From contig AP039706.1 of NCBI GenBank assembly GCA_051599415.1, positions 1 to 64,000 on the forward strand: a DNA stretch of 64,000 nt, given 5' to 3'. The stretch is from Savitreella phatthalungensis (lineage: Eukaryota). The translations under genes were made by a program, and so were the position numbers. Below, piece after piece: positions 31,772 to 44,300 of this stretch. Position 1 is the first letter of the stretch, and each line of letters begins with the position of its first letter. The notes under the pieces are model-generated. The model saw nothing but the letters and a program-made list of their open reading frames with translations, had not been told where the DNA came from and ran no database searches.

Positions 31772-34700
31772 TCAGCCGAGGGTGACTCGCTGCTCGCCCA
31801 CTGGTGGCATCCCATTCGGGAGACCTTCGGCTGAGCGCCCATCGACAAAGCTTCTATAGACCTGCTGAAGCCGAAGATACTCTTGCTGTGAGATAGAGGG
31901 CCGTGTGGTTTTCAGTGATTTGTCAAGATTGTCCCAGCTGATTGCAATTCTGGCTGTGTTTGTTGCAGGTGAGTCGGACTTGACTGTACTCGAAGTCGAG
32001 TGAGTATTCGATCCGGCATCGATAACGGCTTGTACTCGTGTCTCGAGACTGACACGCTCGGCTAGAGTCTTCGGCAGGCTTTCCCCTCCTGCCGAGAGCT
32101 TGAATCTGCGGAAGACAACCTTTTTATGCTCATCACGTCGGTTGTCCGTCTCCTCGGTCACTGCAGTCGACGCCAGAGCATCGTGAATTGCATCCAAGTG
32201 AGCATTGTACAACATTGCCTGCAAGTCAGCGCCCGTATAACCAGCAGTCCGCTCGGCTAGCTCTTCGACGGAGATGTCTTGCGCCAGGTGCATTTTGCCA
32301 GCCAGGGCTGACAGGATACTGGCTCTGTCATCTGCGTTGGGCATGTCGCACAGAAGGGATTTGTCCAAACGACCGGGTCGGAGCAGTGCAGGATCGATGA
32401 GATCTGGTCGGGAGGTGGCAGCGAGGACGTAGACCCCGTCCAGACCTTCAGCACCATCCATTTGCGTCAGCATCTGGTTGACGACACGATCGGTGACACC
32501 GGTAGAATCATGTCCACGCTTTGGCGCAATCGAGTCGAATTCATCGAAGAAGAGCACGCAAGGTTTAGCCGCCTGAGCCCGGTCGAAGAGATCTCGAACG
32601 GACTTCTCGGATGCTCCAATATACTTGTTTAAAATCTCTGGACCTTTGACAGAGATGAAGTTGAGCCCGCACTCTGATGCGACAGCAGAGGCGAGAAGTG
32701 TCTTACCGCAGCCCGGATAGCCATAGAGCAAAAGACCCGACCGCAGACGGAGTGGGCAATTGGCAAAGATAGGAGCATAGCGGGTTGGCCATTCGAGCGT
32801 CTCCAGCAAAATTCGGCGGGTCTCAGTCAAGCCACCTATATCGCTCCAAGCAACACTGGACTTCTGTAACTTGACACCCCGAAGCGAGGCCGGCGTGAAT
32901 CCTACCATAGCCCGTGTGTAGTCGTCAGTAGAGATCACGCCATTTGAGCCATCGTGCATGCTCCGCATAAGGGATTCGTGCTTGGCACGCTCAGTGAGCA
33001 GCTCCAGGTCGCCTGGAAGATAGCCTTCCGTCATATTTGCCACAGCAAGAAGATCGACAGTCGTCTCGTCGCCGAGCAGGCTGCTTAAGATCTCGCGTCG
33101 ACCAGCCTTGACTGGAGATTTGAGATGTATGGTGTCGTTGAACAGGTGTACCGTCGTAAGTAGCGAGTGAAGAGATTCTCTGGACTGAGCGGTCACAAGC
33201 AATGCGATTGGGTGGCGAGCTCTGGCACGGCGAGATGCTGCGAGGAACAGCTCGGCGATTTGCCGCGCTCGCTGAGAATTTGTATGCTCTACTTCGGCAG
33301 GACACAGCCGATCCAAATCATCGAGCATGAGCATCGAAGGTGCATGCCAAGCACATCGCCCATACCAGTCCTCGATGGCCTCTCTGATGGTCGTGATCCT
33401 TTCTTCCGCCAACCTCTTGCAATCCGCGCGCACCACATGTACGCCAATATTGGTCTCAGCCCAGTCTGCGCAGAAGTTCGCCACGCTTGTTTTGCCGGAA
33501 CCACGTGCGCCATAGAGCAACGCACTACATGACCGACGCAAGATTTTCCGAAGGGACTCAAGAGATTTGTCGACCCCCCGGACTCGGACAATCTTCGCTT
33601 TCTCGTCCTCAAGAACATCCACGACCGGCGATCCAGCGGCCAGAGAAAGCTTGCCGGTCTGTTCCGCTATCGTCCAATCACCTGATTTGCCAAGGGATAT
33701 TGCTATGCCATCCAGTCGCAGTCCATGAGTTATAGGACTGCCTCTGAGACCATGCAAGAGTTCATCGTAGCGCTCTCTCTGTGACGCTGGGAGCTTCGCG
33801 TTGAGCCGGACCTCTTGTTTCGGGGTTTCCCTTACCAGCTCATGGAAAGTGAGTTTGCTGAACTTGGTTTGTGGTCGGTCTGCCGGCTGCAGTCGGATGT
33901 GCGCTCCTGTTGTCGTTCGCAACGCGGTCTGAGCAGCTTTCGAGATCCAGACTGTGTCTATTTGGGCAGTGTCATCCGCATGAGCGGAGACGACAATTCT
34001 CTGAGCAAGCTCGAGCTTATTCTTGTCCGATGCCACGTCCGCTGGCGGTGCTATAGTGTCTCCAGTAGGTGTGCGAGGTTTCAGAGCAGCTGGCAGAAGT
34101 ACGTCAGCCCAGAGGTATTTGGACATGCCCAGTCTTGATCGTAGCGTATCGCGATGCAAGAAGACAACCAGACCGCTTGTGGACGCCGCGGGGGAGTCGA
34201 GCGGTGGCGGGACAGCACGCAGACATATCGACGGCTGCATGCGCGCTGCTTCTGGCGATTTTTGAGAACGCTTGGTCGATGTCGTGCTTCGGGCAGCCGC
34301 GCCATTGATCTTGGCACTACGCGATTTGTGAGTCGCTCTGTCGCGTGACTTTGGCGAGACTATCACCTCGGCCGTGGGTGATATTTTTGCGAATGCTTCG
34401 CCTTCAGGCAGAGCAGGCTCGATCTTCCGTACGATGACAGTGGCTGTCGTGTTGGCACTGAGATAAACGATGAGTGGATGGATCGTGGTGACTGCTCTGA
34501 TTTGACTTAGCAGGTTGAGCTCTAGAAAACTGGCATGGAGCTCCATCACCTCCCAATCGTCTGCAGATTGTGGCTCTACCCAGACAACATCAGCCTCTTG
34601 GGGTTTGACTCGGAGCTCTATGGCGACTGGATCGGATTCCGTGATGCCAATGTTCTTGGCAAATCCAGGATCGAGCTCAAGTGTCGATGCGGCTGTAGCT

Positions 34701-34867
34701 GTATGGCCTGACCAGCCAGCGTATGCAGTGCGACCATTGAAGCTGAGAAGTGCCACAATGTCCTGTGCAGCTACATCACGGGAAGCGAGCGAGCGAGTCA
34801 GTTCCTGAGGCAGGTGGACCAGACAGGAGCGCACGGGGACAAATGAGCACTTGTAGGTCGCATGCAT
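31772..34867 (-). CDS. PEX1: Peroxisomal AAA ATPase Pex1, 1031 aa
   Basis: VEPQSADDWEVMELHA N-domain; two AAA modules (GARGSGKT; GYPGCGKT, FFDEFDSIAPKRGHDSTGVTDRVVNQ). Confidence 0.96.
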   Translation of the reverse strand: MHATYKCSFVPVRSCLVHLPQELTRSLASRDVAAQDIVALLSFNGRTAYAGWSGHTATAASTLELDPGFAKNIGITESDPVAIELRVKPQEADVVWVEPQSADDWEVMELHASFLELNLLSQIRAVTTIHPLIVYLSANTTATVIVRKIEPALPEGEAFAKISPTAEVIVSPKSRDRATHKSRSAKINGAAARSTTSTKRSQKSPEAARMQPSICLRAVPPPLDSPAASTSGLVVFLHRDTLRSRLGMSKYLWADVLLPAALKPRTPTGDTIAPPADVASDKNKLELAQRIVVSAHADDTAQIDTVWISKAAQTALRTTTGAHIRLQPADRPQTKFSKLTFHELVRETPKQEVRLNAKLPASQRERYDELLHGLRGSPITHGLRLDGIAISLGKSGDWTIAEQTGKLSLAAGSPVVDVLEDEKAKIVRVRGVDKSLESLRKILRRSCSALLYGARGSGKTSVANFCADWAETNIGVHVVRADCKRLAEERITTIREAIEDWYGRCAWHAPSMLMLDDLDRLCPAEVEHTNSQRARQIAELFLAASRRARARHPIALLVTAQSRESLHSLLTTVHLFNDTIHLKSPVKAGRREILSSLLGDETTVDLLAVANMTEGYLPGDLELLTERAKHESLMRSMHDGSNGVISTDDYTRAMVGFTPASLRGVKLQKSSVAWSDIGGLTETRRILLETLEWPTRYAPIFANCPLRLRSGLLLYGYPGCGKTLLASAVASECGLNFISVKGPEILNKYIGASEKSVRDLFDRAQAAKPCVLFFDEFDSIAPKRGHDSTGVTDRVVNQMLTQMDGAEGLDGVYVLAATSRPDLIDPALLRPGRLDKSLLCDMPNADDRASILSALAGKMHLAQDISVEELAERTAGYTGADLQAMLYNAHLDAIHDALASTAVTEETDNRRDEHKKVVFRRFKLSAGGESLPKTLAERVSLETRVQAVIDAGSNTHSTSSTVKSDSPATNTARIAISWDNLDKSLKTTRPSISQQEYLRLQQVYRSFVDGRSAEGLPNGMPPVGEQRVTLG

Positions 34868-36051
34868 TTCAGGTTATTGCTGCTACAGCCGAGCTCGATG
34901 AATAGCTCGGGCTATTTAGAAACTTTGCCTTTGCACGCGCGAAAGTATTGGACGTCGACGAAGAGCGTCAGAGTCGATTGAAAAGGGGCAGAAGGACAGG
35001 TTGACCAAATGACTGATTGAGCACACCTTGCAGATTGTTGTCGCTTGCGGTGTCGGAAAATCCAGAACGTCCAATGGTCAGAGCTGCTGAACCTTTCGAA
35101 GACCCGTTGATCATGAGCTTAAAGGCGCCTGTCCTGCTTCGCCTGCACAGCCCTAACCTATGGACCAACCTAGGGCTACCTAGTGTTTGATGGTGGCCCC
35201 GCAGTCGCACCGTGCTCCCCGGATGGATTATCAGGCATGAATTGATGGTCGGTGCAACTGAGTCGATGAATTGTGCATCTTCCTCGTTGATCACGTGCGA
35301 ATCGTAATTGTGTACAGATCTCGAGCAATCTTTTTATTGTCCATACATAAATGCACAATATAGAAATATATACCTATATGGATACAAATGCTTCACATAT
35401 GCCACCAGATCTTAAGCCATATGAGCATCATGAAGCCAGAAAATCAATTGTTGAAAATCGTCCTTCCAATAGTAATAGATATACTATACATTGATCATGT
35501 ATGATCTCGAGCATGGATTTTGAGCATGCATCGATATCGATATGTCTACCGTACATCGATGCTCAAAAGACACTAAAGTAGGCCATCTAGTGTATGCATT
35601 CATACGTACGAACGATTAATACTGCATGTATCGATAGATGTAATACATTACAATTGTTCATAAATTATCAATGTTGCTTTGACTACACTAAATTGGTATA
35701 CTTGAATCATGAACTTTCTACTGGGCAGGGTACAGGGAACGTGCTCCCAATGGATGCATACGTACATACATAATTTACATAAATGCACTTGTGCACCTGT
35801 GGGATCGTGATGGTCGGGATCATGCAGCTTGAGATCGATCAGGAAGTCATGATCATCACTAGGATCATACACATATATCCTAGGCACAAACAAGGCGGGG
35901 CCAGGCCAGTCAAGCCAAGTCAAGTCAAGTCTCTGCAAAGCAGCGCTATCGAACGAGTCAAAGAGAGCTGACTGACGAGTGACAAGACTACCTGAACGCA
36001 AGCGAACTCATTCGTCAGCTTACTTCGATACAGAGATCCGGCCCGTCGCTC

Positions 36052-38061
36052 ATGAGTCATGGCCAAATTGACCAAACTCAGCAGCAGCAAGAGCGACAGC
36101 AGGACAAAATACAAACCAATTCCCTTGTCGGTGATGTCACAAATCTCATGCATGTCGCAAACAACGAACGCGCCGAGTTCTCTGCAGATATCGGTATTGG
36201 GTCCGTCGTTGGCACGAGCATGACTCCTGCCAAAACCAATCGTGACGATGATGATCAAATCAGAACGGCATCGCGGCGCAAACGCCGCAAAATCATCCCG
36301 AATGAGCGACTCTTCCTCTCGAACTTACCATCGTCGACTCAATACGCCCAGTCGCTCCTTCATCGAGCGCCGGTCTCTCACATTACTGTCGCCGCCCGTC
36401 CAGCAGTCGTCTACACAGCATCGACGGATGGTACACTCAAATGTTGGAAGCACGACGTTGACAGCTTCGACCTCCTCCGTCAATTCCGACCGCATTCTTC
36501 AAGCATTAATGAGCTTGTCACAAGTCCGGACGAAAAGCTCGTGGCCGTTAGTTCGAAAGGCGACAAGGCCTTGGCCGTCTTTGATAATGACACATTCGAC
36601 CAGACAATCACATTAGAGCTCGATTTCGTGCCCGGCAAAGTCTGCTGGGTTCGAACGCCGCAAGACTCAGCGTCGCTCCTTGCCGTTGCCGACGCCGACT
36701 CGCCGCGGGTTGATATCCTCGATCCATACGCTGCTGCGACTGCAGCCATCTTCTCCTATGCAGACATACATTCAGCCCCGCTGACCAGCCTTGCGTATAA
36801 TCCGAAATACAATTGCGTTATCAGCGCGGATGAGAAGGGTAACATCGAGTACTGGCAAGTCAATGCATCTCATACACGGCCTGCAGAAGTCTTCAGAACT
36901 AAAAGCTCCACAGATCTCTATGAATTCCGCAAAGCCAAGTCACACGTCGTCACAGTCGCGATCAGCCCGAAGTCCGAGCACTTTGCAACATTGTCAAAGC
37001 CGGATAGACAGATCTGTCTATTTGCATTCAAATCAGGCAAGCTGATTCGGAAGTACGACGAAAGCCTGAGCTTCGCTGAAGACTTGCATGCAAAGCGCAA
37101 GGCACCAATCGAGCTAGAGGATCTCGAATTCGGACGCCGCCTCGTCCGAGAGCGCACACTAGATGCTGAGGGCCACCACTCTGCAGAGAGCTTGCTTTTC
37201 GACGAGTCAGGTCTGTTCCTGATCTACCCATCGATATTCGGCATCAAGGTTGTTAATACTTACTCAAATGTATGTGTGAAGGTCTACGGCGCAAGCGAAC
37301 GGATGCGCTTCTCTAATCTGGCTCTGTACCAGGGAGCACCGCGTCAGGGGGCCATCACGTCAATAGATCGCGCCTTGTCGGCCAACGCGCTTCTTCAGAA
37401 AGCTTCAGAGAGGAAGCCGATCCTTGTTGCATCTGCTGTGGACAGCGCGCGCTTCTGCCTCTTCTCGAATGCAGAGCCTGGCAACGATCGTGACGAAAAG
37501 CAAGCTGAACACGGACTGGCGCATATAACAGATGGACCGAATACGACCTCTTTAGACTCAGCTGCGGTCGCAAAATCTCGTCCGCTTGGTGCAGCCTTCG
37601 CCACATTGCACACGTCTCTTGGTGACATCCGATTAGAATTCTACAGTGAAAAGGCGCCCAAGGCGGTCGAAAATTTCGTTACTCTGGTCGAGCGGGGCTA
37701 TTACGATGGCACTATCTTTCATCGTGTCATTCCCGGTTTCATGATCCAGGCTGGCGACCCTGAGGGCGACGGCACTGGCGGTCAATCGTGCTGGGGCGGT
37801 TATTTCGAGGATGAGCTCGATAGCAGCTTGTGTCACGATGCACCGTTTATGCTGTCCATGGCAAATGCTGGGCCTGATACGAACGGCAGCCAATTTTTCA
37901 TCACTACAGCATCAGCCAAGCACTTGGACGGCAAACATACCATTTTTGGCCGCGCCACAGCTGGCACAGATGTGATCAAGGCCATCGAGGCCGTGCGCAC
38001 AGACAAGCGCGACAGACCACTACAGGAAATTCAAATTCGTAGCACCAGCTTACATCGATAG
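36052..38061 (+). CDS. WD40-repeat cyclophilin (PPWD1/Cyp15)
   Basis: WD40 repeats, then a cyclophilin domain (FHRVIPGFMIQAGDP, SMANAGPDTNGSQFFIT, LDGKHTIFG); start codon uncertain. Confidence 0.93.
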   Translation: MSHGQIDQTQQQQERQQDKIQTNSLVGDVTNLMHVANNERAEFSADIGIGSVVGTSMTPAKTNRDDDDQIRTASRRKRRKIIPNERLFLSNLPSSTQYAQSLLHRAPVSHITVAARPAVVYTASTDGTLKCWKHDVDSFDLLRQFRPHSSSINELVTSPDEKLVAVSSKGDKALAVFDNDTFDQTITLELDFVPGKVCWVRTPQDSASLLAVADADSPRVDILDPYAAATAAIFSYADIHSAPLTSLAYNPKYNCVISADEKGNIEYWQVNASHTRPAEVFRTKSSTDLYEFRKAKSHVVTVAISPKSEHFATLSKPDRQICLFAFKSGKLIRKYDESLSFAEDLHAKRKAPIELEDLEFGRRLVRERTLDAEGHHSAESLLFDESGLFLIYPSIFGIKVVNTYSNVCVKVYGASERMRFSNLALYQGAPRQGAITSIDRALSANALLQKASERKPILVASAVDSARFCLFSNAEPGNDRDEKQAEHGLAHITDGPNTTSLDSAAVAKSRPLGAAFATLHTSLGDIRLEFYSEKAPKAVENFVTLVERGYYDGTIFHRVIPGFMIQAGDPEGDGTGGQSCWGGYFEDELDSSLCHDAPFMLSMANAGPDTNGSQFFITTASAKHLDGKHTIFGRATAGTDVIKAIEAVRTDKRDRPLQEIQIRSTSLHR

Positions 38062-38318
38062 GAGGGCAGAGATGCACCGTGTTTCATTGGATAGGATGGG
38101 ACGATTGCATATACAAATAACTAATGTCTCTAGATAATCTGCATCGTGATGAAGCAGTGGTGTTTGACGAATCGGTGCTAGGTGTGTGAAATACTAGCCC
38201 CTCCTGCGAGAGCACGGAGGGCAAGACCGTCGTCAGCCTTCCAAGGGCCTGATAGATATGAAAGAAGAAGAATAAAAAGTTGAAGAATAGGGAAAAGGTC
38301 CCGGGCGTATACGCGCGC

Positions 38319-41300
38319 CTAGGCAATTGTAGCGAAGGTGGCGACAATGGCGACGAGAAGCGCAATACCGTGGGAGGCGCCGAGGTGAGACGCGCCGCTC
38401 TTGACTGGGAGACCGCTGCTCGAGCTCGCGCTGCCACCCGTGGCAGCAGAGCCGGCACCAGAACCAGAGGTCGCGCCTGATGCACTCGAGCCAGAGCCAG
38501 AGCCAGAGCCAGAGCCGGAACCGCTGGAGCCAGTGGAGCCTGTGGAGCCAGATGATCCCGCAGAACCCGATGAGCCAGCGGCGCTTGAGCCCGATGAGCC
38601 AGAAGAGCCCGAGTTACTCGAGGCTGCCGATCCGGACGATCCTGGAGAGCCAGAAGAGCCAGAAGAGCCAGAAGAGCCAGAAGAGCCAGAAGAGCCAGAA
38701 GAGCCAGAAGAGCCAGAAGAGCCAGAGGTGCCAGAGGTGCCAGAGGTGCCAGAGGTGCCAGACGTGCCGGAAGAGCCCGAGCTACCCGAGGCTGACGATC
38801 CAGACGATCCTGAAGAGCTCGAAGAGCCCGAGGAGCCCGAAGAGCCAGTATTCGAGCCAGAACCAGAGGATCCCGTGTTGGAGCCCGCCACAGGGGATGC
38901 TCCAGGACCATAGATTGTCGTGGTGTAAGAGGCCACTGCGCCTGGTGTCGCTGTGACGGTGATGGTGCGCGAAGTGGATTGCAGAGTACCCTGGACCAGG
39001 TAGACGTAGACTTGGACAACGACCTGGACGACCTGCTGAGAGCCGGCGGCTGTAGTGGCAGTAGCAAGAGTGGACGATCCTGTGTTGCCCGCGCCAACAC
39101 CAGCGCCTCCCGCGTTCGTAGCCGACGAGGTCGGCGAGCTAGATGCGATGGAAACGCTCGCGCTGGAGGCGGACGAGGTTGGAGAGCTGCTTGCACCTGC
39201 ACCTGCACCAGCACCAGCACCTGCACCTGCACCAGCACCGGCAGAAGAAGCAGCACTTGAAGTCGCGCTGGAAGCAGCGCTCGAAGCAGCACTTGAGGAA
39301 GCGATCGAGGAACTCGATGTACCAGGCAGTCCGCTGCTTGCGCTGCCAGAGCCGCTAGCGCTGTCACTGCCACTTGCGGCCGCGGCGGAGACTGGTGAAG
39401 CAGCCAGAGCGATGGGCTGTGCACCGAAGCCGCCAGCCAGGATTGCAGAGGACGCCTGGGAAGTTGTTGGTTGCACCAAGGTCGTTGTCGTCGTCTGCCT
39501 CTTACCGAAGGAGAAACCGAAGAGGCTGCGACGAGACAGGCTAACCTTGCTGAGGCCGACAAAGTCAGTCACTGTGAGCGGAGAGACACCGCCAGGCGCC
39601 AGGATCGAGAAGCTTGCGCCGGCACCAGATGCTGTCATAGCATTGTTGCTCGCGCAATCGCCGTAGGCGACAGAGGAAAAGCCGGAGTTGACCTGCTGGT
39701 AGATCACACAAAGTCCATTGCGCTGGAGCTTACCGTCATCGCGAACGATCAGACGGTCTCCCTGACCACTGGGGACTGCGACGAAGCGACCATCTGAGCC
39801 GAGCGCGAAGGCGAGGCTTCCTGCGCTCAGCTCGACGGTCGAGCCGGCAGTGGCGATTGGCGCTGCCGAGGTCGCCGACGACGATGCAGAAGCACTGCCT
39901 GACGGAAGGACGCCGCTCGGCAGCGGGACTGCCGGTAGCGAGGTCGTGGGCAGACCAGACGGTTGTTCGGTAGGCAAGCTGATGGAGGGCGTGCTCAACG
40001 GCAGGCTGCTCGGGAGCGTGGCCACAGGCACGCTCAGTGACTGGTCGACAGGCAATGAGGATGACGGCGCGCTCAACGGCAGGCTGCTCGGGAGTGTGGC
40101 CACAGGCACGCTCAATGACTGGTCGACAGCTAATGAGGATGACGGCGCGCTCAACGGCAGGCTGCTCGGGAGTGTTGCGGAAGGCGCGCTTGTCGGTTGG
40201 TCAATCTTACTGACGTCGGTGACGGAGACTGGCGAGTCGGAAGTCGGCAGATCAGTCGGCGTTACGGTGACCTGCGTTGTGATTTGCGACGTCACGAGCG
40301 ACGTCACAACCGTGGAAACGTTAACCTGCTGTGTTCCGCTCTGTGTATAGCCTGATGGAAGAGGCTGGCCGGAGGTGAGTGTTTGAGTGGCGACTTCGAG
40401 CACAGTGACCGGATCCTTTGTGATGGTTGTGGTGGTCGATGTTGTCACGGCGGCCTGGATAGGAGCACCTGTAGCGGGAACGGATGCTGTCGTTGTGGTC
40501 GGCGCCACTCCAACTGGGGTGCTCTTTGCAGTTACAGTGTTGACGTCAACGAGCACCTGGGCGTTGGACGCAGCACGCCTGCGGAAGCGAGAGCCCGTAA
40601 CAGGTGCATCCTGCAGGAGCAGAATGTTCTGGCTACCAGCTTGAAGACCATTGTCGAGCTTGAGGTAGTCGACGCCCGGCTGTCCGGGCTCAACCATACC
40701 TACTGTACCGACTCCACTGAGTCCGATTGGCGCACCCATCTGTCTGTTCGTCGAATCGAAGATAGCGCCTCCGGGAGCAACGTAAATTACTGCGGCAGGA
40801 GCAGAATCAGTGGTGTTGCTGACCACTGCGCCAGGCGCCGCAGGTCCGCCGAAGCTCACCAGACCGTTCGAGCCGATAACCATGGATGCAGCTGCAGGTG
40901 CGCTCGCGGGTGCGTTAGCAGCCGGCGAAGGCGCAGCCAGGACAATGAAGGCCGGGGTTGCGAGCACGGTCGTAACACTTGTCACCGTAGATGTTTCGAC
41001 AGGCGTGCTGACGACAGTGTGGGTGCTCACAGCGACAGTGACCTCAGAGAGTGTGAAGCTTGTGAAGGTGGTCGGCACAACAGTCTGGATGACCGACTGG
41101 ACTACACTTGGCCCAGAAATTGAAGGCAGGCTCGATGCGACCGTGGCAGATGAGACGATCGATGTTGTCGGGTTAATGATCGATGTCTGGGAGACGGCCA
41201 GCTGCGACGAGGATTTCGAGGCGCTGGACTGGACCGTGGGAACTGAAGAGTCGATGACAACAGCGGATCCCGAAGGCAACAAGCTCGGCAATCCTGTGAT

Positions 41301-44300
41301 CGCAGAAATGGAGCTTAGGACCGATGGTAGAGTAGTTTCGACCGGGCTTGAGACATTTGCGGTGGGCGGAACGTCAGTCACGCTCGGTGCCAGCGAGATT
41401 GTCGTAGACGGTGCGATCGATGAGACGCTGATGTCAGTCGAGACGACGGTGGGCAACAGCGACGTTGTGTTCACCACGAGCGGAGCGCTTGTCGTGACAG
41501 GCTGTGGTGCTTCTGACAAGAAGCTGGAGTCAGGAGCAAAGGACGCGATGCTGCTGACGGATACAGACGGAAGCGTCGAAGTTGGCAAAAGCATCGTCGT
41601 GGTTGGGACGACAAGTGATGTGGAGGGCTCGATGACAGCGCTTGTCGTGTTGGTCTGAATTGCGCTGAATTCGCTGACAGTCGAAGTGGTGCTGTTGTCA
41701 GAGACTGGCACGGGTGCGGGAGTCGGGGACGACACGATCTCGGTCGTGTTCTGAGCAGCAGATGGGAGAACAGTCACCTGGGACTCGCTGTCAACTGACG
41801 CAGAAGCCGACACCGACGCGCTGATCTCGCCAGCGACCGAGCTGGCAATGCTGATCTCGCTGGCCACGGAGCTGGCAATGGACGACGCGGTGCTGTTGTC
41901 AAAGACTGGCAGAGGAGCAGGGGTCGGGGTGGTCACGATCTCGGTCGTGTTCTGTGCAGCAGACGGGAGCACTGTGACCTGGGACTCGCTGTCAACTGAG
42001 GCAGAAGCAGACGCGCTGATCTCGCTGGCGACCGAGCTGGCAATGCTGATCTCGCTGGCCACGGAGCTGGCAATGGACGACGCGGTGCTGTTGTCAAAGA
42101 CTGGCAGCGGAGCAGGGGTCGGAGTGGACACGATCTCGGTCGTGTTCTGAGCAGCAGACGGGAGCACAGTCACCTGGGACTCGCTGTCAACCGAGGCAGA
42201 AGCAGAGGCGCTTGACTCGCTGGCGACCGAGCTGGCAATGCTGATCTCGCTGGCGACCGAGCTGGCAATGCTGATCTCGCTGGCCACGGAGCTGGCAATG
42301 GACGACGCGGTGCTGTTGTCAAAGACTGGCAGCGGAGCAGGGGTCGGAGTGGACACGATCTCGGTCGTGTTCTGAGCAGCGGACGGGAGAACAGTGACCT
42401 GGGACTCGCTGTCAACTGAGGCAGACGCCGATGCGCTGATCTCGCTGGCGACCGAGCTGGCGATGCTGATCTCGCTGGCTGACGAGGAGGTGCTGTTGTC
42501 AAAGACGGGCACAGGTGCGGGAGTCGGGGTGGACACGACCTCGGTCGTGTTCTGAGCAGCGGACGGGAGAACAGTGACCTGGGACTCGCTGTCAACTGAC
42601 GCAGAAGCCGAGGCGCTTGACTCACTGACCTCGCTGGCCACGGAGCTAGCAATGCTGATCTCGCTAGCTGACGAGCTGGTGCTGTTGTCAAAGACGGGCA
42701 GAGGAGCAGGGGTCGGGGTGGACACGATCTCGGTCGTGTTCTGAGCAGCGGACGGGAGAACAGTGACCTGGGACTCGCTGTCGACTGACGCAGAGGCCGA
42801 AGCCGACGCGCTGATCTCGCTGGCCACGGAGCTAGCAATGCTGATCTCGCTAGCTGACGAGCTAGTGCTGTTGTCAAAGACGGGCACAGGTGCGGGGGTC
42901 GGCGAGGTCACGACCTCGGTCGTGTTCTGTGCAGCAGATGGGAGAACAGTGACCTGGGACTCGCTGTCAACTGAGGCAGACGCCGATGCGCTGATCTCGC
43001 TGGCGACCGAGCTGGCGATGCTGATCTCGCTGGCTGACGAGGAGGTGCTGTTGTCAAAGACGGGCACAGGTGCGGGAGTCGGGGTGGACACGACCTCGGT
43101 CGTGTTCTGAGCAGCGGACGGGAGAACAGTGACCTGGGACTCGCTGTCAACTGACGCAGAAGCCGAGGCGCTTGACTCACTGACCTCGCTGGCCACGGAG
43201 CTAGCAATGCTGATCTCGCTAGCTGACGAGCTGGTGCTGTTGTCAAAGACGGGCACAGGTGCGGGAGTCGGCGAGGTCACGACTTCGGTCGTGTTCTGAG
43301 CAGCGGACGGGAGAACAGTGACCTGTGACTCGCTGTCAACCGATGCAGACGCAGACGTGCTGATCTCGCTGGCTGACGAGCTAGTGCTGTTGTCAAAGAC
43401 GGGCACGGGTGCGGGAGTCGGGGTGGACACGACCTCGGTCGTGTTCTGAGCAGCGGACGGGAGAACACTGACCTGTGACTCGCTGTCAACCGACGCAGAC
43501 GCAGACGTGCTGATCTCGCTGGCCGAGGAGCTGGTGCTGTTGTCAAAGACGGGCACGGGTGTGGGAGTCGGCGAGGTCACGACCTCGGTCGTGTTCTGAG
43601 CAGCCGATGGGAGAACACTGACCTGTGACTCGCTGTCAACCGACGCAGACGCAGACGTGCTGATCTCGCTGGCCGACGAGCTGGTGCTGTTGTCAAAGAC
43701 TGGCACGGGCGCGGGAGTCGGCGAAGACACCGCCTCGGTGGTGCTATCAACAGTCGTGGGTGGGAGCACGGTGGTCGAGTTGTCTGCGGTCGTTGTGTTG
43801 TCTGCGGAAACTCCGCTCGTGGGCAGCACAGTCGAGTTGTCTGTGGTGGTCGTCGAGTTGTCGACAGTGGCAGGGCTGGACGGCAGCACGGCGGTCGAGT
43901 TGTCTGCAGCTGTCGAGTTGTCGACAGTCGTAGGCGGGAGCACGGTGGTCGAGTTGTCGACAGTGGCAGGGCTGGACGGCAGCACGGTGGTCGAGTTGTC
44001 TGCAGCTGTCGAGTTGTCGACAGTCGTAGGCGGGAGCACGGTGGTCGAGTTGTCTGCGGTCGTCGTGTTGTCTGCAGACACACCGCTCGTGGGCACGGGT
44101 ACAGTCGAGTTGTCTGTGGCGGTCGTCGAGTTGTCGACAGTGGCAGGGCTCGACGGGAGCACGGTGGTCGAGTTGTCTGCAGCTGTCGAGTTGTCGACAG
44201 TCGTAGGCGGGAGCACGGTGGTCGAGTTGTCTGCGGCTGTCGAGTTGTCAACAGTCGTAGGCGGGAGCACGGTGGTCGAGTTGTCTGCGGCTGTCGAGTT

